From Octopus sinensis (lineage: Eukaryota), in contig NC_043003.1 in NCBI RefSeq assembly GCF_006345805.1, positions 16,492,001-16,556,000 of the forward strand: a stretch of 64,000 bases of DNA, given 5' to 3'. Position 1 is the first letter of the stretch. Each line of letters starts with the position of its first letter. Both the position numbers and the translations under genes were made by a program. The notes beneath the pieces were generated by a model that was given only the letters and a program-made list of their open reading frames with translations, was not told the origin of the DNA and searched no databases. This document shows, in pieces, positions 1-12,810 of the stretch.

Positions 1-264
1 AGACAAAGGAATATTTTAAAAGCAAGATAATTTACAACTTTCTATTCTAGAGCTACAAATATTGATATGATGCAACAGAGAAGCTATATATATATTTTTT
101 TTCTCTAGTTTCAGCTCAGAGCTGCGGCCATGCTGATGCACCACATAATATATAATATATATATAATATCATATATATATAATCTTAAATGTTCATATCG
201 CGGTTTTTTGAGTCGGGGTCTTGACTGCTATTTCGGCATGGTGGTATCTCTCAGATACCCTTAT

Positions 265-317
265 TTATAGTTTTATATAATATCTTATATATATATATAT
301 CTTATATATATATATAT

Positions 318-407
<90 letters not shown>

Positions 408-490
408 ACAATATATATATACATATACATATTTTATATATATATATATAACACATAATAACATGTATGCTATATCTATTTCATACTCAA

Positions 491-527
<37 letters not shown>

Positions 528-530
528 TAT
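265..530. repeat. (TA)n/(TG)n compound microsatellite
   Basis: Direct inspection; explains ORF 265..456. Confidence 0.95.
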
Positions 531-1044
531 ATATATAACATACTGACATGTATGCTATATCTATTTCATATTCAATATTTATTTCATATATATGTTGCAC
601 TGACTGATGATGGACCACAACGGTTGAGTAGATAATGTTACCTTTACGCTGTGTAATGAACGATAGTTCAAACTACATGTTCTTATAACCCTTTTTCTAG
701 TCAAGCTTGTTAACAGAAGTCAATATATTTAATCACCCATTGAAGGATAGTATGCATTAACATTTAATTGTTTCACACCGGAGTTTTTGTCTAAGGTACT
801 TTCAAGTGAGTATATATTAGTATAAAATTCTGTGTTACCTTTGAAGTTTTTAACTTACCCATAATCTTCAAAGTCTAAATTCTATTATTTCTACAGTTTC
901 AAAATTTATAAAACTATGTAATTGTTTAATATGTTTTTCATTCCTTTACGAATTCAGAGCAATTATTCAAGGCTCACCAAAATGACGACAGAAATAAATT
1001 GGTCCAAAAATTTAGATTTCTCTTTTCAAAAAACAAACTCTTAA

Positions 1045-1500
1045 GCTTATATATTCGTTTTGCAAGATTCTTGATGCGAAATCGTGTGTTGAAACAGATA
1101 TTATATTTAGGGATGGTCATGTTGCCAGTTTAGCCAATAAAACACACGCACTATATATTTGGTGTTAATTTGCTTCAGCTTTATTTTATTTTTACATTAA
1201 TCGTATTTCGACCAGAGTTCTTTCGTCACACTTCTGTGACCTCATCGGTGGTCCTTTGCTTTCTCCTTTCTTATTTGTGTCTTTCCTTACTACCGATCAG
1301 CCATTTTGTATTTTGTATTCCTATTGTGTATATCTTTATTTGCGCATGCGTATACCCCTATGTGTGTCTATGTTTAGTAAGTGCGTGTGTTTGTGTGTGT
1401 GTGTGTGGGGGGGGGAGTGCCTGTATTATCTGTATCCCCTGTTTATACATGTTTGTTTAATTTGTTTTTATTTATTTTGTTAATGTATATAGTTATTTAA
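1045..1500 (-). mobile_element. Probable Penelope-like (PLE) terminal-repeat remnant carrying the hammerhead motif
   Basis: Contains the HHR motif next to a pyrimidine/TG-rich tract; PLE assignment is inferred from the known HHR-pLTR association. Confidence 0.4.
1210..1253 (-). ncRNA. Minimal type-I hammerhead ribozyme-like motif (core variant CCGAUGA)
   Basis: Minus strand GACCA-CCGATGA-G-GTCACA(gaag)TGTGAC-GAAA-G(aa)CTC-TGGTC: 5-bp stem I, 6-bp stem II, 2-bp stem III, CUC triplet. Confidence 0.65.
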
Positions 1501-2638
1501 TTCCATTCGTTTATCTGTGTATTGTGTTATTTATATTGTTATCAGTTTATGGGGATCTTATTCTGTCATATGACAGAATACAACAAAATACAATAAAATC
1601 TTAAGCCTCAGTAACATATGCTTTATAAAGCTTAGAAAGTGAAAGTAAACGTGTTTTAGAGGGAGACAATAATAATATTTTGTATTTCATATCAACAAAA
1701 AAGAGAAAGAAAAGAAACACAGAAAGCTTTAAAATCTTGATTTACAGTTGAATTATTAAAGAAAGCGTAAATTTTCCTTGCTACCAATTAAGTAACAGGT
1801 GCAAGTTTATCAGAAACCTGTTGAACTGCGTTGTGATAAACACATGTAACTAAAGCAACTTATATCTTTTACTTTAGTATTCAGAAGATTTTTTAATTTA
1901 TAAAAAATATTTTCCTGACCTTTATGGTAGATTCAACTAAAATTTAAATTAGTATTTTCTCTTCCAAATGATATAATTTTTTTTAGTTATTTTGATATTG
2001 CCTAAACAATTGTTTTATATAGCTGTCTACATCTCCTGATCTTTAATTCGGCAAAGTATTTGGTGTCAAAACCTTTGTTTGTATACCTTTATCAATATAA
2101 AAAATTGCAATGATATACGAAAAAAATAAACATTTATTTTTTAAGGCTGCTAGCGTCTATAACAATTTTGTAAAAACTGTTTTAAACATTCATTAAATTC
2201 AAAAGTAAAGCAACAGTTTGAAAAGGGAAATAGATTTTTTTTCTGCACTTGAAATCCTTTTAAACAGTTGCGTATCTGAAAAGACTTCAGCGAGTAACTC
2301 CAGATAAACAATCAACACTTCTGAAGCTTTGATGTTTCACCACAGGATAGTCCATTGTTAACTTAGAGATACTCTCTTGATCATGTTCTGAAGAAACTTT
2401 AAAGAAAGAAAAAATAATTCTGTAATTTTAAAGATGTAGTAATTGATTGGAAGTTAGAAGGATTTTTTTTAGAAATTTGCTCATTGATATTTGCATTTCT
2501 CCATTGAAAAACCAGCGTATTTTACATTCTACATAATTTTTTTTCCTCCTTTCTTCTTCATAGGTGTAATTTCTTCTTCATAGGTGTAATTTCAAGTACG
2601 CTTTCTGTGGAGCTTTATGGAGAGTTCATATTCATTCA

Positions 2639-2900
2639 TCTATTATATAAAATCCGTTCTGTCTGTCTGTATGTGTGTCTTCAAAGGTCTCGGGCATCCT
2701 CCATCCGATTGCGCTCAAATCTGCTATGTAGATACCGACGGTGTCAAGGTATGTATAAGTCTTGAAAGAATTACAAAAATCGATTCCAGGTGAGAATGCG
2801 ATCGATAAAGCATTCTTTGGAATAGAAATAAGTCTATCTTTATTCCTTCTTTTGCTGGTGTCTCAAATTTAGGTTAAATCAGTGTTTCTTAAAGGGGAGG
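2639..2900 (+). mobile_element. Possible non-autonomous Helitron/Helentron-like element 5' part
   Basis: Starts A|TCTATTATATAAAAT followed by a short (CTGT)n run, as in HINE/DINE-like elements; no clear 3' end found. Confidence 0.35.
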
Positions 2901-3495
2901 CCTATGGGACGGTCGGACAAGTTGTTTTGAGAAAATTTGGTTTAAATGTTTGACAACTCAGCACCATCCATTGGATGGGGGGGGGGGTTGCTCGTTATGG
3001 GATAAAATGCAAAGTTAGTGTACTGGAAATAGATACTGGATGATAAGATTTGATAGGCAGGAGACTGTGTCCGCTTAATACTGACACAGCTAGATTGTGT
3101 ACCGGCAGTATAACCCTTGAGTTCCCCTCCTCCTATACGGACTTATACAGCAACTCAAATGTGCCGCCTCCATAAAAACGTCACCAGAGGTGGCTCTTCC
3201 CCAAGATATCCCCGCTAGCTACGCTAATGTAGTTTAATTAAATTCATTTAATTTAATTCTCTTCTCTTGCAACAAAAAGAATAAGACCATACAATACAAT
3301 ATGAGCTTAAAACTTTATTAACTTTCATTTAGAATGTTCGATAAAATTGCTCTCACTATGTGGTTAGTATTTATTTTGTAAAATCCATTGGAGTAAAAGT
3401 CAAATTGAGAAGATATCAGAGTAAATACAACAGCGATACCTGTAAAAGTGCAGTCTCTAGCCCCTGTTATTCTATTATATTCTTATATCGCCATT

Positions 3496-3725
3496 AGGCG
3501 GCGAGCTGGCAGAAACGTTAACACGCCGGGCGAAATGCGTAGCCGTATTTCGTCTGCTGTTACGTTCTGAATTCAAATTCCGCCGAGGTCGACTTTGCCT
3601 TTCATCCTTTCGGGGTCGATTAAATAAGTACCAGTTACGCACTGGGGTCGATGTAATCGACTTAATCCGTTTGTCTGTCCTTGTTTGTCCCCTCTGTGTT
3701 TAGCCCCTTGTGGGTAGTAAAGAAA
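3496..3725 (+). mobile_element. tRNA-derived SINE, family A (monomer)
   Basis: Head GGCGGCGAGCTGGCAGAAACG, B-box-like GTTCAAATTCC, central GCCTTTCATCCTTTCGGGGTCGAT block; many copies in the window. Confidence 0.9.
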
Positions 3726-4349
3726 CACACATTCTTATATCGCCAACATTAAAACACGAAGAGAAACTGAAAGAATTTTACCGTAGCGGAATCATCAATA
3801 ATCATTTAACAGCGAATGTTTTCAGGTTTCTATGGTGTTTTACAACCCACAAATTAGATTATATTATTAACGATAATATAAGTTTCAGACTTGACTCATC
3901 CGATTGATGGCTCGTATTTCGTTACAAATAATGCGCTGGATTCACAATCATGCCCAGAACAGCTCTAACTAGATATCAAGTGTAATTACAGCTCATGTTG
4001 AAAGCAGCAGTTGCATAATATTTGTTTTCGTTGCTGAAATATCAACTTCAAGTCATCCTGTGGACCTGATCCACGAAAGAAGTTATCAAACTGCTGTCTT
4101 GTTCAATCAATTTTATCAGAATCTCATCAAAATGGCGTCGATATGAATAGCGTGAGAAATTGGACAGACACCGAGAAAATAAGTGAAAGAATCGTTACTA
4201 TGTGACACTAGATGGTTCGATGGTGAATAAAGGATACACTGAATAAAAACCTACGCTAATTGGCATTTAAAATACCAACAACTTGCAAGACAAGACAAAC
4301 ACATATATGAAATCAATCAAGCATGATTATTAACGTGTAGAAGTTTACA

Positions 4350-4460
4350 AGGATACATATACATACATACATACGAACATACATACATACATACATACAT
4401 ACATACATACATACATACATACATACATACATACATACATACATACATACATACATACAC
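4350..4460. repeat. (CATA)n microsatellite
   Basis: Direct inspection. Confidence 0.95.
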
Positions 4461-4598
4461 ACATGCATTTGAGTGTGCATACACATGAATGCTTTGGTAA
4501 ATTTTGTGGCCTGTAAAGATTTTTAAGTGAAAGTTTTGTGTTTGTTTACGCTTATGTGCTTTTCAGAGCAAAATAGTGAGAGGTCTCTGATATATATA

Positions 4599-4685
<87 letters not shown>

Positions 4686-4860
4686 CATACGTTTATATAT
4701 GTCTGTGTATACATTCAGGCTTCAATATATGTGTATGCTTGAATATATATATGCATATATATATGTACATATTTACATATATATACATACGAACATACTC
4801 ACACATGTATGTGCGTGTATGTATATATATATATATATATACACATATATATTCTTTTAT

Positions 4861-5208
4861 TCTTTTACTTGTTTCAACCATTTGACTGCGGCCATGCTGG
4901 AGCACCGCCTTTAGTCGAGCAAATCGACCCCAGGACTTATTCTTTGTAAGCCTCGTACTTATCTATCGGCCTCTTTTGCCGAACCGCAAAGTTACAGGTA
5001 CGTAAACACACCAGCATCGGTTGTCAAGTGATGTTGGCGGGGAAAACACAAACACACAAACATATACAGGCACATACATACATACATTCATATATATATG
5101 ACGGGCTTCTTTTAGTTTCCGTCTACCAAATCCAGTCACAAGGCTTGGTTGGCCCGAGGCTATAGTAGAAAACATTTTCCCATGGTGTCACACAGTGGGA
5201 CTGAACCG
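4861..5208 (-). mobile_element. SINE family B (head AGGAGTGGCTGTGTGG, internal microsatellite, tail GGTGCTCCAGCATGGCCGCAGTC)
   Basis: Reverse complement of the copy at 8274-8670. Confidence 0.9.
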
Positions 5209-5359
5209 TATATATAAAACCCTTATGTGACTGTCGTATGCAGGAAAACAGATAGCAAGTGTGGTTGAGCAAAATATGCAAAGATGAAAATCATGAGTGT
5301 GTGTGTGTGGTGAACAAATAAAAGTAGAGGGAAAAAGTGTGAAACAGGGAGAGATAACT

Positions 5360-5364
5360 TTATA

Positions 5365-5417
<53 letters not shown>

Positions 5418-5427
5418 TATATATATA

Positions 5428-5478
<51 letters not shown>

Positions 5479-5631
5479 AATATATATCTATATATATATA
5501 TATATATATAATATATATAATATATATATATATTATATATATATATACATATACATATAATATATATATATAATATATATATATATAATATATACATATA
5601 TATATATAATAATATATATATATATATATAC

Positions 5632-5664
<33 letters not shown>

Positions 5665-5760
5665 GTATATATATATGTATGTATGTATGCATGTATGTAT
5701 GTATATATATATGTATGTATGTATATACATATATGTGTGTGTGTGTATGTGTATGTGTGT
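5360..5760. repeat. (TA)n/(TATG)n compound microsatellite
   Basis: Direct inspection; source of the IY-repeat ORFs. Confidence 0.95.
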
Positions 5761-6437
5761 GTATTTATGCTCGAATGAGAACTATCTGAGAAATAAAAGA
5801 AAAAAATCAACATTCGAAACTAGAAGAAAGAGAAAGATAATGTGAACATACGCTAAAAAAAAAATGAAGAACAACCACAATAATGAAAGTCAAAATGAAA
5901 CGCAATTTTATTTAAAAACAGTGAATGAGGAAGAGCCTGTAGGGGATGGGGAATGTAAGAAGAAAGGGGGGAGAGAGAAAAAGAGGAGAGAGGAGAGATG
6001 CGAAGTTAGAGGAAGGGAAGAAAAAAAGATGTTAAAATGGACAAAAACTATTGTATTGAGACAAGCAATGAAAATGTAACAGACAAGTTTTTGAAGTGGA
6101 AAAAAAAAAGAAAAATAAAGAAATTCGATAGATATTAATTTCTGACAGATAAAGACAACCAAAGACATATCATTATATATATAACCATCAATATGTCTGC
6201 TGTTGATGTGCATAAAGTGTAAAATTATAGAGAAATAAACTTTTTTTTAGAAAAAATAAAAAGAATCGAAATTGTCAGCGCTAAGGATAAATAGCTAGTT
6301 TGTGTATTATGGACATTTCTTCTGGCTAAAATCCTTGTCTTACTTTTTACGTTTTGCTTCTTTCTGTTATTGGACTGCGGCCATGTTGGGGCACGAGCTT
6401 AAAGGTTTCAGTACGCCGGTACTTATTTTTCAGTAAC

Positions 6438-6670
6438 AAGGAGGCGAGCTGGCAGAAATGTTAGCACGCCGGGCGAAAAGCTTAGCAGTATTTCGTCCGC
6501 CGCTACGTTCAAAGTTCAAATTCCGCCGAGGTTGACTTTGCCTTTCATCCTCTCGGGGTCGATAAATTAAGTACCAGTTACGCATTGGGATCGATGTAAT
6601 CGACTTAATCCGTTTGTCTGTCCTTGTTTGTCCCCTCTATGTTTAGCTCCTTGTGGGCAATAAAGAAATA
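6438..6670 (+). mobile_element. SINE family A nested in a degraded family B copy (about 6356-6790, minus)
   Basis: Full A monomer; B-tail sequence on both sides; GGTACTTATTTTT present on both flanks. Confidence 0.85.
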
Positions 6671-6912
6671 GGTACTTATTTTTAAGCCTGGTGTTTATTC
6701 TATTGGCCTCTTTTACAAAAATGAGAAGTTACTGGCACGTAAACAAACTAACACCGGCTGTGAAGCATTGTTGACGAACAAGCTGGACACAAGCACAAAT
6801 TTTGGAGGAGGGGGCAAGTCGATTACATTGACCCCAGTGATTGAATGCTATCTATTTTATCTATTTCGAAAACATGACATCGGTGGAATTTGAACTTAGC
6901 ACGTTAAGACGG

Positions 6913-7221
6913 GCGAAGGCGAAATGGCCCAGTGGTTAAGGCAGCGGACTCGCAGTCGTAGGATCGCGGTTTCGATTCCCAGACCGGTTGTTGTGTGTGT
7001 TTATTAAGCGAAAACACCTAAAGCTCCACAAGGCTCTGGCAGGGGGTGGTAGCGACCCCTGTTGTGCTATTTCGCCACAACTTTCTCTCACTCTTTCTTC
7101 CTGTTTCTTGAGTAACGCTGCGATGGACTGGCGTCCCATCCAGCTGGGGGAACACATACGCCCCAGAAACCGGGAAACCGGGCCTATGAGCCTGGCTAGG
7201 CTTGAAAAGGGCGCATAAAAA
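6913..7221 (+). mobile_element. SINE family C (tRNA head plus V-domain-like TGCGATGGACTGGCGTCCC) inserted in a family A copy (6790-7292, minus)
   Basis: Flanked by the direct repeat ACGTTAAGACGG (6901-6912 and 7222-7233); the A sequence resumes after it. Confidence 0.9.
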
Positions 7222-7299
7222 ACGTTAAGACGGACGAAACGCCGCTAAACCTTTTGTCTGGCGTGTAAATGATTTTACCCGGTCGCTGCCTTAATAAAT

Positions 7300-7875
7300 A
7301 CATCAATAACGACTTCCAACATAGGATAAAGGAGTAGTGCGGCGAACCATCAGAAACAACCTCCAAAGCAGGACTTTACTCGAAGGTTGTGCTTTGATTT
7401 GCTGGGATTAAATGGGTGATATTTCGTAAGAACTTCCCTCCACTGTCAGGACTATCAGAATGATTACTGTGGCTGGCTGCATAAATTAAACGCAGCGTGT
7501 AACTAGAAGCGTCTAGAACTTGATAATTGTAAGGACAATGTTTTCATCACGACCATGCCACACTGCACATGTCATTGCCCTGGGAAGCTATACCACACCC
7601 TTTGTATTTGCCCGACCTTGGACCTTTAAATTACCACCTGTTTCGGTCGTTTCAAAATTCATTGAATGGACAGATCCCCAACTCTAAAGACGATGTAGAA
7701 ATTCAACAGGAAAAAATTTTCGCTTGTGCAGACAAGAAATTCTTGAAGCAAGGAATAATGGATCCGCCCACAAGGCGGTAGATGATACTGGAACGAAAGT
7801 ATAATTATAACATTCATTGAAAAACTTGCCTTATTTTCGTTTAAAAACCAAACGGGCATTTTGGTTAAACCAATA
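7300..7875 (+). mobile_element. Degraded mariner transposase C-terminal half plus right terminus
   Basis: ORF 7569..7781 WEAIPHPLYLPDLGPLNYHLFRSFQNSLNG resembles the mariner W..PHPPYSPDLAPSDYHLF motif; ends in ...AAACCAATA before a TA run. Confidence 0.85.
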
Positions 7876-7876
7876 C

Positions 7877-7924
<48 letters not shown>

Positions 7925-8002
7925 TATATATATATACCGAGTAAACACCATAAATGTGAAACAAGGTGGAAAAAAGAGTACTCAAATACCAGTGGGAGAG
8001 TA

Positions 8003-8180
8003 ATATACTTTATTTAAAGCAGCAGAAAATTCAACAAAGCCTGTTGTTACTCTGAGTTTCCCGTTGCCGTTCGTCGGACAGTTTTTGCTAGAATCTAGCA
8101 AAAACTGTCCGACGAACGGCAACGGGAAACTCAGAGTAACAGGTTTTGTTGAATTTTCTGCTGCTTTAAATACAGTATAT
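8003..8180. repeat. Near-perfect ~85-bp-arm palindrome (centre 8093), each arm carrying a hammerhead-like motif
   Basis: Arms are reverse complements apart from a 3-nt indel and isolated mismatches; 1-nt spacer. Confidence 0.95.
8105..8142 (+). ncRNA. Minimal type-I hammerhead-like motif (CCGACGA core); mirror copy at 8044-8081 on minus
   Basis: CTGT-CCGACGA-ACG(gcaa)CGG-GAAAC-TCAGA-GTA-ACAG: stem I CUGU/ACAG, GNRA-capped stem II with a first-pair mismatch, stem III ACUC-A-GAGU, GUA triplet. Confidence 0.6.
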
Positions 8181-8273
8181 ATATATATATAAATGTATTG
8201 GTTTAACCAAAATGCCCGTTTGGTTTTTAAACGAAAATAAAGCAAGTTTTTCAATGAATGTTATAATTATACT

Positions 8274-8670
8274 AGGCGGAGGAGTGGCTGTGTGGTAAGT
8301 AGCTTGCTAACCAACCACATGGTTCCGGGTTCAATCTCACTGCGTGGCATCTTGGGCAAGTGTCTTCTGCTATAGTCCCGGGCCGACTAATGCTTTGTGA
8401 GTGGATTTGGTAGACGGAAACTGAAAGAAGCCTGGCGTATATATGTATATATATGTGTGTGTGTTTGTGTGTCTGTGTTTGTTCCCCTAGAATTGCTTGA
8501 CAACCGATGCTGGTGTGTTTACCTCCCCGTCACTTAGCGGTTCGGCATAAAGAGACCGATAGAATAAGTACTGGGCTTACAAAAAAGAATAAGTCCCGGG
8601 GTCGAGTTGCTCGACTAAAGGCGGTGCTCCAGCATGGCCGCAGTCAAATGACTGAAACAAGTAAAAGAGT
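8274..8670 (+). mobile_element. SINE family B, full length
   Basis: tRNA-like head, GGCAAGTGTCTTCT block, internal TA/TG microsatellite and conserved tail. Confidence 0.9.
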
Positions 8671-8796
8671 ATATATATATATATATATCTAATGTAGGAT
8701 AAAATTTTTTTCGAAAAAAAATTCTTTTCGAAAAGAATTTTATCAATGGCGAGCATATTAAAAAATACCTTTAACGGTTGCCCTTATTTATGAATT

Positions 8797-8829
<33 letters not shown>

Positions 8830-9029
8830 AGCAACAGGATATCAAGTAGTAATGCAGTACGACCGTTTCAAGCGACTCCATTTAATTGAACAATACAATC
8901 ATTACATCAGCTGCACAAAATATAGAATTTTTTCAAGTAGGACACATTAATATAATTTTTCTTAAATATTGTAAGAAAGCAAGAAGATGGAAAAAATTCA
9001 TGTTGTCGCTATTGTAGCAAAATGATTAG

Positions 9030-10310
9030 AATATACTACAATCTCTGATGAGGCAAAGCATTTCTAAATGCAAAGTCAGAAATCCGGGATCTGGTGTGTG
9101 GGGTGCGGTGGGTGAAGCAAAAGTGGGATCTAAGGCATGAGTTGGGGTGGGATTGGGATGGGATGTAGAGGGATGGTGGGTTTGGAATGTGTAGGGGTGA
9201 GTTAGCAAGGGGTAACGATGAAAGGGTGGAAGGGAGAAGGTGGGTAGGAGTGAAGAGAGGAAGTAGGTGTCAGAGCAAGAGAGGAGATGTGGGTGGGATG
9301 AAATAGGTGTGAGATGAAGAGAGGAGAGAGGAGGAGGGTTAGATGAAGAGGGGGAAGATTTGAGCCCATGTGGCGCAAAAGATCGGAGAGAGAAGATTAG
9401 TCCTTGCTCATGGTGAAGGCGGGAGTCCGGATGGCCTCTGTCCAAGGACAATCCGAACACAGACTGGTGCTGTAAAGAATGACTGGTAGAACGAAAATGG
9501 CGCGAGACCGGTGTGTCGTTGACGAGTTTGATATCTCGGAGGTGTTCCGCGAAACGCTCAGCCAAGCGGCGTCCCGTTTGACCGATGCATAGAGAAGGAC
9601 AGAGAAAGCAGGAGAGGCAGTAGAACGAGCCGGATTTGGAGTTTGGGTTAGGGAAGAAGCTGTGGACCAAGACGTCTCGTATGTTGTGGGCTCGTTTGAA
9701 GGAGAGGTCGGACTGGAATCGCCGGAAGGCTCAGAGAATGGTGCGTTGGGGAGGCAGGGTGGTGGGGTGGTAGGTGAGGGGAAACGAGAGATGGGTGACG
9801 GTGGAGCGTGTGCGGAGCGGGAGAAAGCAGATGCACGGTCTATAGAACATGCTCTGGCAAGGGCGGTGTGGATAGTGGTGAGGGGATATCTACGTAGGAT
9901 GAAGTGGCGAGCCATGAGTTGAGACTGAGTCTCAAAGTCATGGTCGTCACTGCATAGCCTGCGTAGGCGGAGGAATTGGGAATAGGGGATGGAAAGCTTG
10001 ATGTGTTTAGGGTGGGAGGAGGAGAAGTTGAGGTATGAGTGTGAGTCTGTGTGTTTGTAGTTGATGGGGCTGGTGAGAGTGGAGTGACGAATGCGGACCG
10101 AAATGTCGAGGAAGGCGACTGAGGTGTCGGAAATAGTGCAGGAGAAGTGGAAGGCATGATGGAAAGATTTGACAAAATAGAGGAAGAGGTCTAGATGTTC
10201 GCGGGGGAGTGAGGTCGCACCGATGCAGTCGTCAATATAATGACCGTATAGTTCAAGAGTGGGAGCAGTGAAACTTGAGAATATTTGTGCCTCAACGTAG
10301 CCATACAAAT
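9030..10310 (-). mobile_element. 5'-truncated Penelope-like retroelement: RT C-terminus (YIDD) plus GIY-YIG endonuclease, frameshifted
   Basis: ORF 9397..10392: GYVEAQIF..YGHYIDD..VAFLD..KHTDSHSYLNFSSSHP..SIPYSQFLRLRRLCS; ORF 9026..9670: CIGQTGRRLAERFAEH..PVSRHF..EQGLIFSL; CT-rich 3' tract. Confidence 0.9.
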
Positions 10311-10926
10311 ACACACATATACACACACACACATATATCTGTGTAAGTATATATATATATTTGTACACGTTCACAGACATACATGTATACATATATACTT
10401 ATAAGTAAGTGTTTGCATGTTAATACAATATATTAATAATGTGAAATTCAATGTAGTACTAATGTCACGACAAATTAGTTTTCTTCAAAAATTTGATACG
10501 AGCAGTAACTACTATTATGCTTTTAAAGTGTTCTTGGAAATTATATTGCACAATTCGACGATATTCAATTCGATTAATATCAATTTGGCTTATTTTCATC
10601 TTGATCAATATAGATATTTAGAATACTTTTCTGCATCATGAAATTCCTAAGTTCCATATAAATTGCAGTGGAGTCAATAATTGTATCTCTTTCTTGTGAG
10701 CTTGGGTGTATTATTTTGAAAGTATGGTGCATTCTACTCAATCATTCTCTATTCAGACTGACGGGTGTAGTTAATTTACACACACACACACACATTATAA
10801 ATATATATATATGATATATGTATGTGTAATATATATATATGCATATACATATGTGTGAGTGTGGGTGTGGGTGTGGGTGTGTGTGTGCGAGCAATATTCA
10901 TATGTATATATGCATATATATATATA

Positions 10927-11222
10927 GAGATCACCGTGACCTACCAAGCTATCGGATGTTGCTAAGCATCGCTGGTCACAATGCGCTTCCTAGTGTTTTA
11001 ACCTTCAAATGACGCCACTCCGCTGGCTAAGCGAGCGGGCCAACAGAAGAAAGAGTGAGAGAAATTTGTAGGGAAAGAGTACAGCGGGAGTCACCACCAC
11101 CACCTGCCGGAGCCTCGTGGAACTTTAGGTGCTTTCGCTAAATAAACATTCACAACGCCCGGTCTGGGAATCGACCGCGACCGCAAGTCCGCTGCCCTAA
11201 CTACTGGGCCATTGCGCCTCCA
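10927..11222 (-). mobile_element. SINE with family C head but a different tail (C2)
   Basis: Head TGGAGGCGCAATGGCCCAG shared with C; lacks the V-like block. Confidence 0.8.
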
Positions 11223-11258
11223 TGTATATATATATAATATATATCTATATATATATAT

Positions 11259-12810
11259 GATCCATGTTTGTCAAATGGGTGGCTGGAGGAAGGTCACTAG
11301 GATTAGCTTTCGGCTGGTGGAATTTCATGTTACAGAGAACCATGTCATGGTCTGAAAGAAGGGTTTTTTCCACTGTAACGTTATGTATAGTGTTAGTGTG
11401 GTTACTAAACACTAGGTCCAAATGTTCTGATGTCTTGTTTTGGTGCAAGGACAAGTTGGGACACAGAAAAACTCATTCGTAAAGTCGAAAAGTGACTCTG
11501 CTGCTTCTTTGTCAGCGGTTGAGGCGGGAGTGCTTGGTTTCAAACAGTTTGTAGTCCAGTCAACACAGGTAGATTGAAGTCTCCCATCATGAGTATGTTG
11601 CTAGAATGGCACTGTTGAATAAAGCACTTAATGCTGTTGAGGCATTCTTTAAAGCACAGTATGGGTGTTTTGGGCGGCCTATAGAGCCCAATTCTGTCAG
11701 GTCATTGGCTTTGTTTGTGCACGGTGACTGATTCACAGTAGCCGTTGGAGAATATACTATTTCCATCTGCCGTAAATGAATCATGCAGGAAAATGGCAGT
11801 TCCACCCTTCCTCCTGCCGATACGATCCGCGCGGATGGTTGTGAAATTCTTCACTCTCACTTCGGCTTCCAAGTGGGAGTTGTCAAGGTGGGGTCTCAGT
11901 GAGAATGAAGAAAGGGATGTGGTGTGAATGGTTACCAACCCAGTCTTCAATGATTGGACCTTCCATTTTTGTGCATTGATGGAAGGCTGACACCTTGTGC
12001 ATTGAGTAGGAATGTGGAGGTTAGTGTAGTGGCTGGTTTTGACTGTTGCAGGGGGCTTGGATTTTTTGTGTGTGTTAGTGACAGCAATGTGGGGAATTGG
12101 TGCACTGGGGTAATAGCATAGGATGGTGTTGAGTGATGGCTAGAATGTTTTTGTGTATCTCTTTTGCCATGTTCAACATGGCTAAAAAAGAATTTTCCTG
12201 CTTAGGGAGCAGTTTTTGGCTGGAGGTGTGGTTGCACTGTTGGATAGGGTTGTAGTTTCCACTTTGTGTGTTGTTTTTTGTGTCTTCCTGAAAAACTGGA
12301 CCAGCATTACTGCAGCATGGTGTGTTTCTATTTTTATTGTTATTCAGGTTGTGTGTGGCTTGAGCCCCGTTTCTGTTTGTGCGTCGGGTCCCTGGAAGAT
12401 GAGTGAAGGGACAGTCACTCAGTAGACATGTTCTCTCACGTTGGGAATACCGGCAGATTTTGGGACTCCGAGTTGTGTGTGTTTTGAATTTCGATTTACT
12501 ATTTGGTGGTGTTGATGTTATTGTGGGGGATGCGTGCTTTGCCTTGGCCGGTAGTGCGTCTCAGTGCCGGGTAGATGCGTGAAGATGCAGTCACTATTTT
12601 GCAGAGTCTCTGGCGCAGTGAATAGCGGCATATTTGGGGATTTCTTGTTTGAGCCGTGGGGGGCGCATTCTGCTTCCTATGTTTCTTTAAGTTTTTGTTA
12701 CTGCAGTAGTATTGAGGTGGTGATGTGGGGGAAGAGGGCAGTGGTTTCTTATTTGGTTTTCTGTTGGTATTTTTGGTGATAGAAGACGATGGTGGCAGCG
12801 GTGGTGATGA
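11259..12810 (-). mobile_element. CR1-type LINE 5' portion (ORF1-like region and APE endonuclease), inverted
   Basis: Minus ORFs: PHLDNSHLEAEVRVKNFTTIRADRIGRRKGGTAIF (APE N-terminal part) and LDLVFSN..LSDHDMV (APE C-terminal SDH motif); Cys-containing low-complexity region upstream. Confidence 0.85.

Noticed and set aside
2551-2590. Exact 20-bp tandem duplication (and a 37-bp repeat at ~458-580)
   Set aside because: Ordinary slippage-type duplications with no further structure.
9046-9095. CTGATGAGGC..GTCAGAAAT hammerhead-like motif at the end of the Penelope fragment
   Set aside because: Core words are present, but stem I does not pair and there is an extra base before GAAA; too weak to call.
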